A stretch of 32,000 bases of DNA. Source: Candidatus Saccharimonadota bacterium. GTDB lineage: Bacteria > Patescibacteriota > Gracilibacteria > BD1-5 > UBA6164. A program made the position numbers and the translations under genes. Positions 1 to 10,390 of the stretch are shown here, one piece after another (the stretch's first letter is position 1; every line of letters begins with the position of its first letter). The notes under the pieces are model-generated. The model saw only the letters and a list, made by a program, of their open reading frames with translations, was not told the DNA's origin and made no database searches. Where the stretch lies: positions 240,001-272,000 of the forward strand of contig OZ245922.1 in NCBI GenBank assembly GCA_965229705.1. The letters are read 5' to 3'.

Positions 1-23
1 CTGCTTGTATAAGCAGATTTTTT
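1..23 (+). terminator. rho-independent terminator-like hairpin (truncated by the window edge)
   Basis: CTGCTT-GTAT-AAGCAG followed by ATTTTTTG. Lies 17 nt beyond the stop of the minus-strand SPFH gene, so it may act in both directions. Confidence 0.5.
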
Positions 24-39
24 GTAATATTCAGAAAAA

Positions 40-1008
40 TTATTTCATCAGATCACTTCCTGCAATGAGTTTGTCTCCCTTTGAGAGAGACCTTCCCTCA
101 AGATCTTCATTGAGGTAAATAACCTTTGAGTTTCCATCACCGCCAACATTTCCGAGCGTCTCAATTCGTGAAGAATCAAGAAGGAACTGAAGGACTTTTT
201 CAGCGTTAAGAGAATCATCAGTTTGTTTAATCATATCAACAGCATCTTTAAATCCTTCTGCAATCTTTGTTCGTTGCCCTGCCATACCTTCTCAGAGAAG
301 TATTTTTGATTCTTTTTCGGCTTCTGCTTGTTTTACCTGCATGATCTTCTCAGCCTCTCACTGGTTCATTGCTGCCTCCTTGAGTTTTTGCGTTTCTACT
401 ACCTTATTCATGGCTTCCATAACGGTATTTTGGAGTTTTACATCACGCACTTGAATAGAGTCGAGCTTATATCCAAAACCTGCAAGTCTCGCCCTCAATC
501 TCTCTTCTATCTCACTTCATATTTCTTCCCGTTTTGCAAATATCTGCTTATGCGTAAACGATACGATCATTCCACGAAGTTGTTCATCTATCGTAGACTT
601 CATCATCGTGCGCGGGTCATCAATAGAGTAGACAGACTTATAAATAGTTCCTGCTTGCGTATTATCACTATCATCTTCGACATAGTAGATAACATTGAGA
701 CCAATATAGGCAGTAACATTGTCACTTGTTACCCCCTCGACCTCAACAGGGAAGTTTCTTCTGTAGAGCACCTGATTACGAGTTGTTTCCAAAAAAGGAA
801 TAATAAAGTTGAGTCCTTGCCTCAGGATACGATCAAACTTTCCAAGAAACTCAACGGTACGCACCGTATTTGGAGAAACAATACGAACAGATAGGGCAAT
901 CAGTATAAGGTCTATAACAATACCTGTATACAATCCACTGAGACCTCATGCTGATAGAGCTATAAGAGGGATAATAATAATCAAAGCAGGAACAATAAAT
1001 CGAAGCAT
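40..1008 (-). CDS. SPFH/band-7 (stomatin/prohibitin-like) membrane protein
   Basis: Track fragments 40..285 and 517..933 share one frame and join through in-frame TGA codons read as Gly. The ORF extends to the ATG at 1006-1008 (MLRFIVPALIIIIPLIAL, an N-terminal TM helix). An SPFH core and a Glu/Ala/Lys coiled coil (EAEKIMQVKQAEAEKESK) follow. TAA at 40-42. Confidence 0.8.
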
Positions 1009-1175
1009 AAATTTATGGAGTTAAAAATGTAAGATACACAGGAAAGTATATAAAAATTTTATGCAAAATAAAAAATATTTTTATACTCCACACACTAAAG
1101 ATATGTCATATAACTTACACATATACTATGAAGTACCTTTTTCATTTCATTATTTTTCTTTGATGTCTTTGCAGT

Positions 1176-2036
1176 ATGAGTCATACATTCGCTCTCCAAC
1201 AAGACCCAGACTATATATTTGTATCTGAAGAAACAAATGGTGAGAAAACACAGCTCATAGTTCCAGAAGATATTGACTGGACACAAAGGTTTATCCTCAC
1301 AGAAATGAAAGAACTCAGAGGAGACATCATAGGATACAAGAAAGAAATCGAATCAATGTTGCATCAAAAAGAACTTGCACTCGTAGACAGAGCACTTTCC
1401 TATAGTGCAAACACGGTAAATTTCTTTTTTGTGGTACTTACTATTGCCATTATGGCTATCTGACTATTTGGGTGGAAGACCGTTCGTGACCTCAAAGAAA
1501 ATCTTTCTATCAGATTTGAAAAAGAGGTGGAGAAACGCATAGGTGCGGAACAAAAAAAGCTTGAAGCATTTATGCTCAAATTTGAAGACGACCAACTCAA
1601 ACAGTCACAAGCTATCCTTGAAAATCAGGCATTTCTCCAAAAAAAACAAGAGGCAGCATATTATTGGAGTCAGTATAATAGAGAAGAAAACTCCGCGCAA
1701 AAAATCGACCTGCTTGAGAGTATTTCTTCGATTGGTATCCAAGAAGATGAGATACTCATTTTGATAGAAAAATCCTCTATTTATATAGAACTAGAGCTTT
1801 GGGAAAAAGCTCTTGAATCCTCAGAAAAAGGTCTGGAAATATCATCAGAAAACACGGCTCTACTATATACAAAAGCAAAATCCTTGATGATGTTGGAAAA
1901 CACAGAAGATGCCCGTACAGTACTGATAAATATTCTGTGACTCAACCCAGCTATGAAGCAGGAAATTATAGAAGATGAGTTATTTCATCCTCTTATTCCA
2001 GAACTCAACGAATATATTGATAAACAAGAGCTCTAA
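1176..2036 (+). CDS. hypothetical single-pass membrane protein with coiled-coil/TPR-like C-terminal half
   Basis: Fragments 1176..1463 and 1527..1940 are in the same frame. They are joined by TGA 1461-1463 and extended through TGA 1938-1940 to TAA 2034-2036. Central TM segment FFFVVLTIAIMAIGLFGW. No family recognised. Confidence 0.6.
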
Positions 2037-2039
2037 ACT

Positions 2040-2273
2040 ATGCACCAAGAAATCCTCATACAACTCAAAGAACACTTTGGAGAACAAGTAGAAATTGACT
2101 TTCATGACGAACGCTGAGATGGAAAACATTTTTTTCTCGATATATGTTCAGAAAAATTTATCTGAAAATCGCGTATAGAACAGTCTAAAATGGTGTATGA
2201 GCTTCTTGATGAGTATATGAAAACGGGGTATATCCACGCGCTCAGAATGAAGTGCCGTACTCCTGAAGGATAA
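2040..2273 (+). CDS. bolA: BolA family protein
   Basis: 77-aa ORF absent from the track because codon 26 is TGA (HDERGDGKHF). BolA-like pattern GDGxHF...SxKFxGKSRIEQxKMVYxLL...IHALRMK. ATG 2040, TAA 2271-2273. Confidence 0.8.
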
Positions 2274-2356
2274 TCCTTCAACTCTTCGGGTAGATGTTTT
2301 TGATAAAGGAAACTCTGCAAAGCAGTAAAGGATTTTTATTTCTTAAACAGTATTTT

Positions 2357-2680
2357 ATGATCAATTCAGAAACACAACAAAAGATACAATCACTCCTCTC
2401 TCAGTATCGAGTGATGCTCTGCATGAAAGGAACTCCAGAAGAACCTCAGTGTGGATTTTCTGCAAATGCGGTAGCAATACTTGTAGAGTCTGGTATATAC
2501 TTTGAAAGTTTTGATGTATATAGTGATGAAGACATGAGACAAGCTCTCAAAGAATATTCTTCTTGGCCTACATTTCCACAGCTTTATATAGATTGAGAAC
2601 TTATAGGAGGAGTTGATATTATGACAGAAATGTACGAATCTTGAGAACTAAATACTTTGAAAGAGGAAAAAAATTTATAG
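2357..2680 (+). CDS. grxD: monothiol glutaredoxin (Grx4/GrxD family, CGFS active site)
   Basis: [21 protein letters not shown] and [19 protein letters not shown], with the conserved Gly encoded by TGA 2594-2596. A second TGA sits in MYES-G-EL. TAG at 2678-2680. Confidence 0.9.
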
Positions 2681-2743
2681 GAAAATATGGCTATAGAAAG
2701 GTGTTTTTGCATGATGAGGATCATGAAATTTGACTTTTTATGA

Positions 2744-2774
2744 AAAATATTTGACATTTAAAAAAATATATGAG
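2744..2774 (+). promoter_or_regulatory. promoter-like motif AAATATTTGACA-N12-TATGAG upstream of ppk2
   Basis: TTGACA at 2751-2756 preceded by AAAAATAT; TATGAG at 2769-2774. The same architecture occurs at 4773-4803. Confidence 0.35.
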
Positions 2775-2777
2775 ATG

Positions 2778-2808
2778 ATTGAGAAGTAATTTATTTCTCA
2801 ATTTTTTC
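2778..2808 (+). promoter_or_regulatory. terminator-like hairpin in the ppk2 5' leader
   Basis: ATTGAGAA-(9 nt)-TTCTCAAT followed by TTTTTC, ending 3 nt before ATG 2811 and downstream of the TTGACA motif at 2751. Confidence 0.4.
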
Positions 2809-2810
2809 TT

Positions 2811-3980
2811 ATGACCGCTCTTTTTTACCAGATCATCAATAATATTGAAAAAATATCAGATGATAATTATACAGAATTTAAGCAAAAACTTGTTGACCTT
2901 CTGCAAGGTTTTGAACAACACTCTGATGTGGATAATATCAAAGTGCTTCGCAATAAGCTTGAGATGCTCTTAGATGACTATCTCAAAGACAAGAAACAAC
3001 ACAAGGCTATTCGCTCACATCTCAAAGACCTCCAAAAGTTTCTTCATGAAATTGATGATATCTTACACGAGCTGGAGCATGAAGATGAGACAAGATCACT
3101 CATCGATGTTATCAAAAAAGTAGAAGGAAAATATAAATCACTTTCACAGGTAGATGTATCAAAAAGAGATAAGTACAAAGAAGTTGCTATCAAGAAAAAT
3201 ATCATTTCTTATGAAAAAGAAATTATTAAGCTTCAGCTTGAGCTTGTAAAACTCCAAAGATATATTCAAGAAACTGGGCAAAAAGTATTAATTATTTTTG
3301 AGTGACGCGATGCAGCGGGGAAGTGAGGAAACATTAAGCGATTTTTAGAGTATCTTAATCCTCGAGCAGCAAGAGTTGTTGCACTACAAAAGCCAAATGA
3401 CGAAGAAAAAACTCAGTGGTATTTTCAAAGGTATGTGAAACATCTTCCAAACGGAGGAGAAATGGTATTTTTTGATAGGTCTTGGTATAATAGACTCGGA
3501 GTTGAACCGGTGATGGGTTTTGTAAATAAGCGAAATTATGAAAAATTTCTTAGTGATGTTCCAAAATTTGAAGAAATGCTGGAAGATGCTGGTATCAAAG
3601 TAATAAAAATCTATTATTCTGTATCAAAATCAGAGCAGGCAAAGAGATTTGAAGAGAGAAAATATAATCCTCTCAAGCAGTACAAGCTTTCTCCGATTGA
3701 TCAGTTTTCTCAACAACTATGGAAAAAGTATACTCTTGCCGAGTATCATAACTTTAAAAATACTTCGACAGATATATGTCCGTGGACGATTATTAACTCT
3801 GATGATAAAAAAGCTTCACGAATCAACTCTATCAAATATGTTTTATCACTTTTTAATTATCCAGAAAAAATTTCTGAAAAAGAACTAGAATACGATCCAG
3901 AAATAGTTATAAGTGCCAAACAAAAAGTAAATATTCTCAAAGATGAAATCGAAAAAGGAGCTGATCTTTTTGCGGAATAA
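2811..3980 (+). CDS. ppk2: polyphosphate kinase 2 (PPK2) with ~125-aa N-terminal coiled-coil extension
   Basis: Fragments 2811..3305 and 3435..3980 share a frame. The junction reads LIIFE-G-RDAAGK-G-GNIKR (both Gly are TGA), which is the PPK2 Walker A. Then NPR..VVAL.KP...E..QWYFQRY..HLP..GEMVFFDRSWYNR.GVE.VMGF. Confidence 0.9.
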
Positions 3981-3994
3981 TAGGGCACAAAAGA

Positions 3995-4025
3995 GGGACA
4001 GCAGAAATGCTGTCCCTTATTTTTG
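3995..4025 (+). terminator. rho-independent terminator after ppk2 (possibly bidirectional)
   Basis: GGGACAGC-AGAAAT-GCTGTCCC (8-bp GC-rich stem) followed by TTATTTTTG. The complement is followed by TCTTTTG. Confidence 0.8.
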
Positions 4026-4304
4026 TGGAGATTTTCTCCTAAATATTTGTTTCCCATGTTTCTTAGCTCTAATAAGGGATTTGTTTCGAAATCTCTTATA
4101 TTTCTTGAGCAGTTTTCTCACATGGAGGTCTGGGATTTTAGGAAGCTTTTTTGATATATCATTTGTAAGAAACTCTAGGGTTGTTTACACTTTTGGATAA
4201 TCTGTACAGCAGAATATTTTAGAAGTTAAACATTAAAGAAACTTTCATATACACTTTTTAATAATTTTATAAATAAAGTCAAGTTTCATTTCTTACAATT
4301 TACT

Positions 4305-4772
4305 CTACCTCTCCAAACTTCCCATATACGCAACTGCTATTGCATCAGCAGCATCGTCAGGTTTTGGGATCTCAGAAAGTCAAAAAATCATTTGAATGGC
4401 TCTTTGGAGTTGCAGCTTACTAGCTCTTCCATTACTTGTGATAGCTTTTTTTATTTGCAAGGGAGTATACTCATAGAGAGCAATTCATCTCTTAGCTGCC
4501 TCATAGCATACCACTCAACGAGCATGAGCAACAGCGATACCAGTAGTGATGTTTGTGTTAAAAAACAATTTTTCCACTGAAAGCCTCTCAACCTGGTATT
4601 TTTCAATAATTCCAGATATATCATACCCTATTTCCACCAGTTTATGCTCAAGAGACATTTTTGCAGGAGTTTCTACTACTCAATAGTCAATAAGCTCTAT
4701 TTTATGAGGATTTTTTTGTATTACAGCATATCAAATAGTCGTTGTTCATGGATCTATTCATAATATTATCAT
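4305..4772 (-). CDS. ruvC: crossover junction endodeoxyribonuclease RuvC
   Basis: Not in the track because it contains many TGA codons. Code-25 translation: MIILGIDPGTTTIGYAVIQ...VEKLFFNTNITTGIAVAHARGVV...YTPLQIKKAITSNGRASKLQLQ..IPKPDDAADAIAVAY. ATG 4770-4772, TAG 4305-4307. Confidence 0.9.
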
Positions 4773-4803
4773 AAAATATTTGACAATAGTATATTTATAT
4801 GAA
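4773..4803 (+). promoter_or_regulatory. promoter-like motif AAATATTTGACA-N12-TATGAA in the ruvC/49-aa-ORF divergent region
   Basis: TTGACA at 4780-4785 preceded by AAAATAT; TATGAA at 4798-4803; AATAAT follows at 17-nt spacing. Confidence 0.35.
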
Positions 4804-4876
4804 ATAATATATTTATGAAGGAAACTTCATACGTGTACATATTATTTCTGGGATTATATACTAATGATATATTTCC

Positions 4877-5026
4877 ATGAAAAAAAGTAAAATAATTGTT
4901 TCAGCAGCAGTACTTGATACTATCGCTGATTCAAAAGTTATACCAGATGGAGAAAAGCTTAATTTTCTCAAATATGTGTGATACCTCACTCATAGCGAGC
5001 AAGCAGAGCTTTGCCATCTCATATAA
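4877..5026 (+). CDS. hypothetical small protein (49 aa)
   Basis: ATG 4877 to TAA 5024-5026 with one internal TGA (KYV-G-YL). A strong hairpin plus T-tract follows immediately and a TTGACA motif lies upstream. No family recognised. Confidence 0.4.
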
Positions 5027-5031
5027 GTAAG

Positions 5032-5060
5032 ATCCTAGCTGTGGTGGGCTAGGATTTTTT
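5032..5060 (+). terminator. rho-independent terminator after the 49-aa ORF
   Basis: ATCCTAGC-(8 nt)-GCTAGGAT followed by TTTTT. The T-tract overlaps the stop codon of the convergent wecB. Confidence 0.75.
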
Positions 5061-6429
5061 ACTTCCAGTGAAAATATTTCTCAAGTCCAAGTCGCTCATC
5101 ATCATACTGAAACAGTTTTCCTTGAGAGTGAACCTTATCCAAAACAGCATCTACGATTTTTACCGCAACATTTTCTCCATAAATATTTTCTTTTTTCATG
5201 TTTGGATTTGCTATAGCTCATTCTACTATATCTGCGATAAGTTCTGAGTTTACAGGAGGGGCTATGATGTTACATCCGTGAAAAATAGTCTCTGATCTAT
5301 CTGACCCAAAGCGTAGCGTCACGCAGGGAGTTCCAACAATATTTGCTTCTTCTTGGAGAGAACCTGAGTCTGTAACAACCGCTCATGCCTGAGAAATCAT
5401 ATCTATCACTTCATGATGGTGTGCAAGTGCTTTTCCATATGTCAAAGTTTCAGGGTATCTGCGTACCATTTCATCAAGCTCATTTCGCAGTCAAAAGGTA
5501 TCTATAGCAGTCTCACTTGCGTAAAGTCCGAGAAAACATACAGAAACTCCTCTTTTTAGGAGTTCTTTGATCGCGTAAAATATCGCAAGAAAACGCTCTT
5601 TTTTTTCACAATTTTCTCTTCTATGAATCGTAATAAAGAGAAAATCTTTTCACTTCATATGTGGGAATATCTCAAATACTTGAGATTCTGAGAGTCTTTT
5701 TTGAGAGATTTTTACTGCGTCTACGACAGTATTTCCCACTACTTGCATATTTTCTTTTGGAAATCATTCTGATAAGAGAGTAGATTCATAGATGGCATGA
5801 GGAAGAGCGTAGTATCCAGCAGAGGGCTCTATACCTCGAGTATCAAACTGTTCTGGGTATGGTTCTATACTTCAGAGTTCATAGAGAGAGGGATCTTGAA
5901 GACGAGTAAAATACTCTTCCCAGTCAAAGGTCTCTGGATTGTAGTTTTGGAAGAGTTGGTGATAAAATTCTGCTTTTGGGGTAAATGTCCTTATACCAGC
6001 CTCAACATGTACAACAGCGCATTTGTTGAGAAATGCAGCTTTATCTGCAGTGGTGGCAGTCATAGTATCTCCATGAACATAGGGAATTACTATTTTTCAG
6101 TACTCTTCGATGAGTTTACAGAGGGTATTTCAGAGTCTTTCAACTACCATGGCATATTTCTCATGGAGTTTTCCTGATATATTCAGATTGATATCTACCT
6201 GCATTCAAAACTCTTGCAGAACACCATAAGAGAGATTGTAATCATAGTGCTGGCCTGTATGTATTAGCAGGACAAATTCTTTTCTCTTTTTGAGTTCGAG
6301 ATAGAGGGGGGCTTGCTTGATGATATCTGGTTTAGTCGCAATCATGATGATATGCACATACTTTTTTTGAGATTTTTGTATTTCTTGCCAGAGATTTTTT
6401 CTAAAGTCTATTTTGTTTTTGGGTAACAT
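5059..6429 (-). CDS. wecB: UDP-N-acetylglucosamine 2-epimerase (non-hydrolysing, WecB/MnaA-like)
   Basis: Fragments 6205..6429 and 5872..6063 are in frame with the 5059 stop (1371 nt). N-terminus IATKPDIIKQAPLYLELKKR, HGDT, AVVHVEAGIRT, PYPEQFDTR, VVTDSGSLQEEA. Several TGA codons read as Gly. Confidence 0.85.
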
Positions 6430-6610
6430 TTTTTTGTTTTATAAGTTATTTTCAAAAAGTGTAGGGAAAATAAGAGGAAAGCAAACTTTGTTATTTTTTA
6501 ATACTTTTTTAATGATATAGCATATATATGAGATATTTTCAAGCAATAATATTTGCAATATCTATAATATGTATATATTTTGTGTATATATTGTAGTAAA
6601 ACATATTTAA

Positions 6611-7690
6611 ATGATAGACAAAGAGAAACGCTGTAGTGTGTACTTGCATTGGTGTGGGTTTTCGCATTTGGAACTTCATGCTCTCTATGAACTGGGAAAG
6701 AGTTTTCAAGAACTTTTTGATGAGCTTTCTCTCAAGCTTCTTTCCTACTATGTAAAAAATGAAAAGAGGCGTGAAGAGATATGGGAGCGTTTTCAAAAAA
6801 AAGATACAAAAAAGCTTGATGAGGTCATGCAAACGCTTGCAGTTGAGGTGGTGTGTTATCCTGACCCGCACTACCCCGAGTCTCTCAAGCACATCTCTCA
6901 TAGCCCTTTTATCCTGTATATACGATGAAGTATACCAAGTACAGATATGTTTGCTGTTGTTGGAGCGAGAAAGATTTCAAGTTATGGAAAACGCGCTATT
7001 GAGAAAATTATCCCAGATATTGCAGAGGTTTTTCCGATTGTATCATGATGAGCCAGTGGCTGCGATAGTGAGGCTCACAAAGCCTGTCTTGAGAGTGGAA
7101 ATCCTACCGTAGTTGTTATGGGAACAGGCATCAATAAATGCTATCCAGTATGAAACGCACAACTCTTTGAGAAGATTATACACGCAGGAGGAGCTATTAT
7201 CAGCTCGTTTCGTATTGGAGAGCCAGGTAATCCTTATAATTTTCCTATTAGAAATGAGATAGTTGTCGGACTTTCTCGTTGAGTACTCGTGGTCGAAGCA
7301 GAGGGAAAATCGTGAAGTCTCATCACTGCAAAACTTACTCTTGATTATGGAAAAGATCTTTTTGCTGTTCCATGAGATATGTTTTCTCAAAAGTCTTTGG
7401 GAACTAATACTCTCATCAAAAATGGAGAAGCAAAACTTGTCTCACAGAGCCAAGATATTCTCGAAGAGTATTGTATAGATGTAAAAAAAAGTCAGAAAAA
7501 AGATATCATCTCAACACTCTCAGCAGATGAAAAAGAGATATATACCTGTCTGCAATCATGAGGACAAAACTTTGATGAGATATGTGATTCTTTATGAGTT
7601 GAGACGCATATACTTCTCTCACGTCTGTCTCTTATGGAAATAAAGTGATGCGTGAAAAAAGATTTGGCAGGAAAATATTTTATAAACTAA
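6611..7690 (+). CDS. dprA: DNA processing protein DprA (Smf)
   Basis: Fragments 6611..6928 and 7379..7561 share a frame. Code-25 reading gives VVGARKISSYGKRA...IVS-G-GASGCDSEAH...VVVMGTGINKCYP...FPIRNEIVVGLSR-G-VLVVEAEGKS-G-SLITA...LFAVP-G-D. TAA 7688-7690. Confidence 0.9.
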
Positions 7691-7738
7691 GAAAATAGGT
7701 ATACTTTTTATATTATCATTTTTACCGTTTATTTTCCA

Positions 7739-8518
7739 GTGTTACTCAAAATAGAAATCATCTTACTTTTCGTAAGTTGCCTGTATATTATCTACTTTAC
7801 CCTTGATAGATTAGGAAGTTTTTTGTGGTGAAAACATCAACGCAAGCTCAGAAAATATGCTCGAGCATGAGAGAGTGAACAGTATGGAGAGACGGATATA
7901 AAAACTCCAGAATCAGACATCCAAGAAGAAGATGTATCTGCAAGCTCAGATACAAAGCATACAGCCAGAATACGAGAAATCATCAAGCGCTGCGAAGTGC
8001 ATATCTCACGAAACTCTATTGAGCTTGCGAAAAATCTTATTGTGCAAGGCTTATCGCTTGATAAAAATCATACAAAACTCAACCTGCTACTGGCAGATGT
8101 ATATGAAAAACAAGAGAAATACCAAAACGCAGAGTATATATATAGAGACATGCTTGATGAGTCTCCAGATGATACTTATATATTGTGAAGACTTGGGAAT
8201 ATATACTATATCAGAGGAAAGATAGAAAAATCTCTTTCTTGCTATCAGCGTGCTCTGAAAAAAGACAAAAACAATATTGAGATCCTCGATATACTCGCGC
8301 ATCTTTTGGCAGAACACTGAGACTATGATGCCTGCGTTACAACTGCCTGTGCATTTCTCAAGCAAAAACCACGAGACGGAGAAAAACTCTCTTTGAAATG
8401 ATATGCTCTTGAAAAACTCTGAAAACCATCAGAAGCTCTCACGAATTATAGGCTCGTTTTAGAGGTTGATCCATATAATAAAGAGATACTTTCAAGAGTA
8501 AAAAAACTTGAGTCATAA
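7739..8518 (+). CDS. membrane-anchored TPR-repeat protein
   Basis: The frame of track ORF 7997..8188 extends in code 25 from GTG 7739 to TAA 8516-8518. There is no in-frame ATG after the upstream stop at 7688-7690. N-terminal TM helix LLKIEIILLFVSCLYIIYFTL, then TPR-like repeats (AEYIYRDML, KSLSCYQRALKKD, EALTNYRLVLEVDP). The start codon is uncertain. Confidence 0.6.
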
Positions 8519-8620
8519 GCAGTCTCTGAGAAACAAAAAATTTCTAATCCTCTCTGGATCTATCGAGCCATCTCTCCTTTGAAAAAGGAGAAAAAAAAGA
8601 AGTTTCTCAGAACTTCCTTA
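8517..8620 (+). repeat. R1: ~100-bp inverted-repeat-bounded intergenic element (MITE-like or structured RNA)
   Basis: About 90% identical to 30869..30973. Ends TCTGAGAAAC (8525-8534) and GTTTCTCAGA (8602-8611) are perfect inverted repeats inside a ~19-bp imperfect TIR. Internal hairpins at 8556-8569 and 8573-8591. The 5' end abuts the TAA of the TPR gene. Confidence 0.8.
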
Positions 8621-8726
8621 ACAAGTTTTTTACACCCGAGGAAGTTTTTGACAGAAAAAAAAAGATGCAGTTGAGATGTCTGTATTTTTTTTTACTCTCA
8701 GTGCATATTTTATACCTTTTTACAAT

Positions 8727-10061
8727 ATGCTCAAGATACCTCCTCACAGTCTCGAAGCAGAACAATCAGTTTTAGGAAGTCTTTTGATAGATAAAGATGG
8801 CTTCATACTCGTTGGAGATCTTTTGTCGTCAGAAGATTTTTATGAAGATGCAAACGCGAAAATATATGATGTGATGTTTGAGCTCTTTCGTCTCAATAAA
8901 CCTATTGATCTCATCACGGTAAAAGAAAAACTCGATGATAAAAAGCTCTTAGACATGATTTGAGGTATTAGCTATCTCACAGATCTCACAGAGATTGTCC
9001 CAAGTTCAACAAATATTTTTGAGTATGCGCAAATTGTGAAAAATAAGGCAGTTCTCAGAAAATTGATCAAGTCTGGAAATGAGATTGTTTCACTGTGATA
9101 CCAAGAAGACGAACCTCTGAATGATTTACTGGAAAAGGGAGAGAAATCTATATTTAATGTTACGCAAACCTTTATTAAAAATAAACTCGTTCATATCAAC
9201 GATATTCTGACTCAGCGTTATGAGGAGTTTGCCGAGATACACGAAAACCCTGACCTCATAAAGGATCATAGACTTCAGACATGATACGGTTCGATGGATA
9301 ATAAACTTACAGGTCTCAAGGGAGGAGATATGATTATTGTTGCGGCTCGTCCGTCTATGGGAAAAACCGCTTTAGCAATGAACTTGGCGCAAAACATAGG
9401 CTTTAAGAAAAAGTCAGTTGCGATCTTTAGTCTTGAGATGAGTAAGGAGCAATTGACAGATAGAATGATAGCAAGCGCCATGGGTATTGATAGCTGGAAA
9501 CTGCAGAAATGAGAGCTCGAAGATAGTGAGTTTGCAAAGATAGGTGAAGCGATGGAAAAACTCTCTGAGGCAGATATTTATATCGATGACAGTGCAGGGG
9601 GAAATCTGGTTGATCTCAAGAGTAAGGCTCGCCGTCTCAAGATAGAGTCGGGGTTAGACCTGATTATCGTTGATTATCTTCAACTCATGACCAATGGAAA
9701 CTCACTCAATCGTGTGCAGGAGGTATCAGAAATATCTCGTGGTATCAAGTCTTTGGCTCGTGAGCTTGATGTTCCGATCATTGCGCTTTCTCAGCTTTCG
9801 CGCGCGGTGGAGGGGCGTCCTGACAAGCGTCCCGTACTCTCTGACCTGAGAGAGTCTGGTTCTATAGAGCAAGATGCGGATATTGTGATGATGATGTATC
9901 GAGAAGAGTACTATGATGAGTTTTCTGACAAAAAAGGAGTAACCGATATCTTTATCCGAAAAAATCGTAACGGTCCCACAGGTTCTGTGCAACTGATGTT
10001 TCAGAAAAATAATCAAAAATTCATTGAGCTCGAGACTCATATGCAACCAGAGGTTTTTTAA
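8727..10061 (+). CDS. dnaB: replicative DNA helicase DnaB
   Basis: Fragments 8676..8963, 9294..9512 and 9552..10061 share a frame. PPHSLEAEQSVLGSLL, GGDMIIVAARPSMGKTALAMN (Walker A), LIIVDYLQLM, SRGIKSLARELDVPIIALSQLSR, LSDLRESGSIEQDADIV. Start placed at ATG 8727; ATG 8676 is an alternative. Confidence 0.92.
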
Positions 10062-10183
10062 GGAACTTTTTACACAAAATTTATTATCCATTTTCCAATA
10101 CTTTTTTTGTCAACCTGCTTTTTTTGCTCTCCATAAGAAAATACTCTATCATAGGGGTACATATATTTTTTAATGATATACCT

Positions 10184-10387
10184 ATGACTTGGAAAGACGC
10201 ATTTTTCGACGCAGTAGAACACGAGAAACAACCTATGAATCAGGCAACATATTGGATTATATTTCTTTCTTGTAGTTTGATTTTTGTATTTCTGGTAGTA
10301 TCACAAGCAGCGCAACAGTCATCAGCTCTGATAGCACAAAATCCAGAGATTGTTGAATGATCTTGGCTCATAAACGGAGTTCTTTAA
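10184..10387 (+). CDS. hypothetical small membrane protein (67 aa)
   Basis: ATG 10184 (MTWKDAFF...), one TM helix (YWIIFLSCSLIFVFLVV), TGA 10358-10360 read as Gly, TAA 10385-10387. Confidence 0.45.
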
Positions 10388-10390
10388 AAA

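Noticed and set aside
328-894. 188-aa + strand ORF, plus similar long ORFs such as 10962..11288(-), 12920..13243(-), 23360..24016(+), 27185..27547(-), 29768..30217(+)
   Set aside because: All are antisense or off-frame shadows of confidently identified code-25 genes (SPFH, valS, uvrC, grpE, tilS). Their translations are low-complexity and match no recognisable motifs.
4017-4121. 34-aa very basic minus-strand ORF (RKLLKKYKRFRNKSLIRAKKHGKQIFRRKSPQK) ending next to the 3995-4025 hairpin
   Set aside because: It has no ATG, only a GTG, and does not match the ribosomal small proteins it superficially resembles (L34, L36, S21). It cannot be supported from sequence alone.
8676-8726. Upstream ATG 8676 as the dnaB start
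   Set aside because: It adds MSVFFFTLSAYFIPFYN, a hydrophobic stretch atypical for DnaB. ATG 8727 places PPHSLEAEQ at the usual distance from the N-terminus. Retained as an alternative only.
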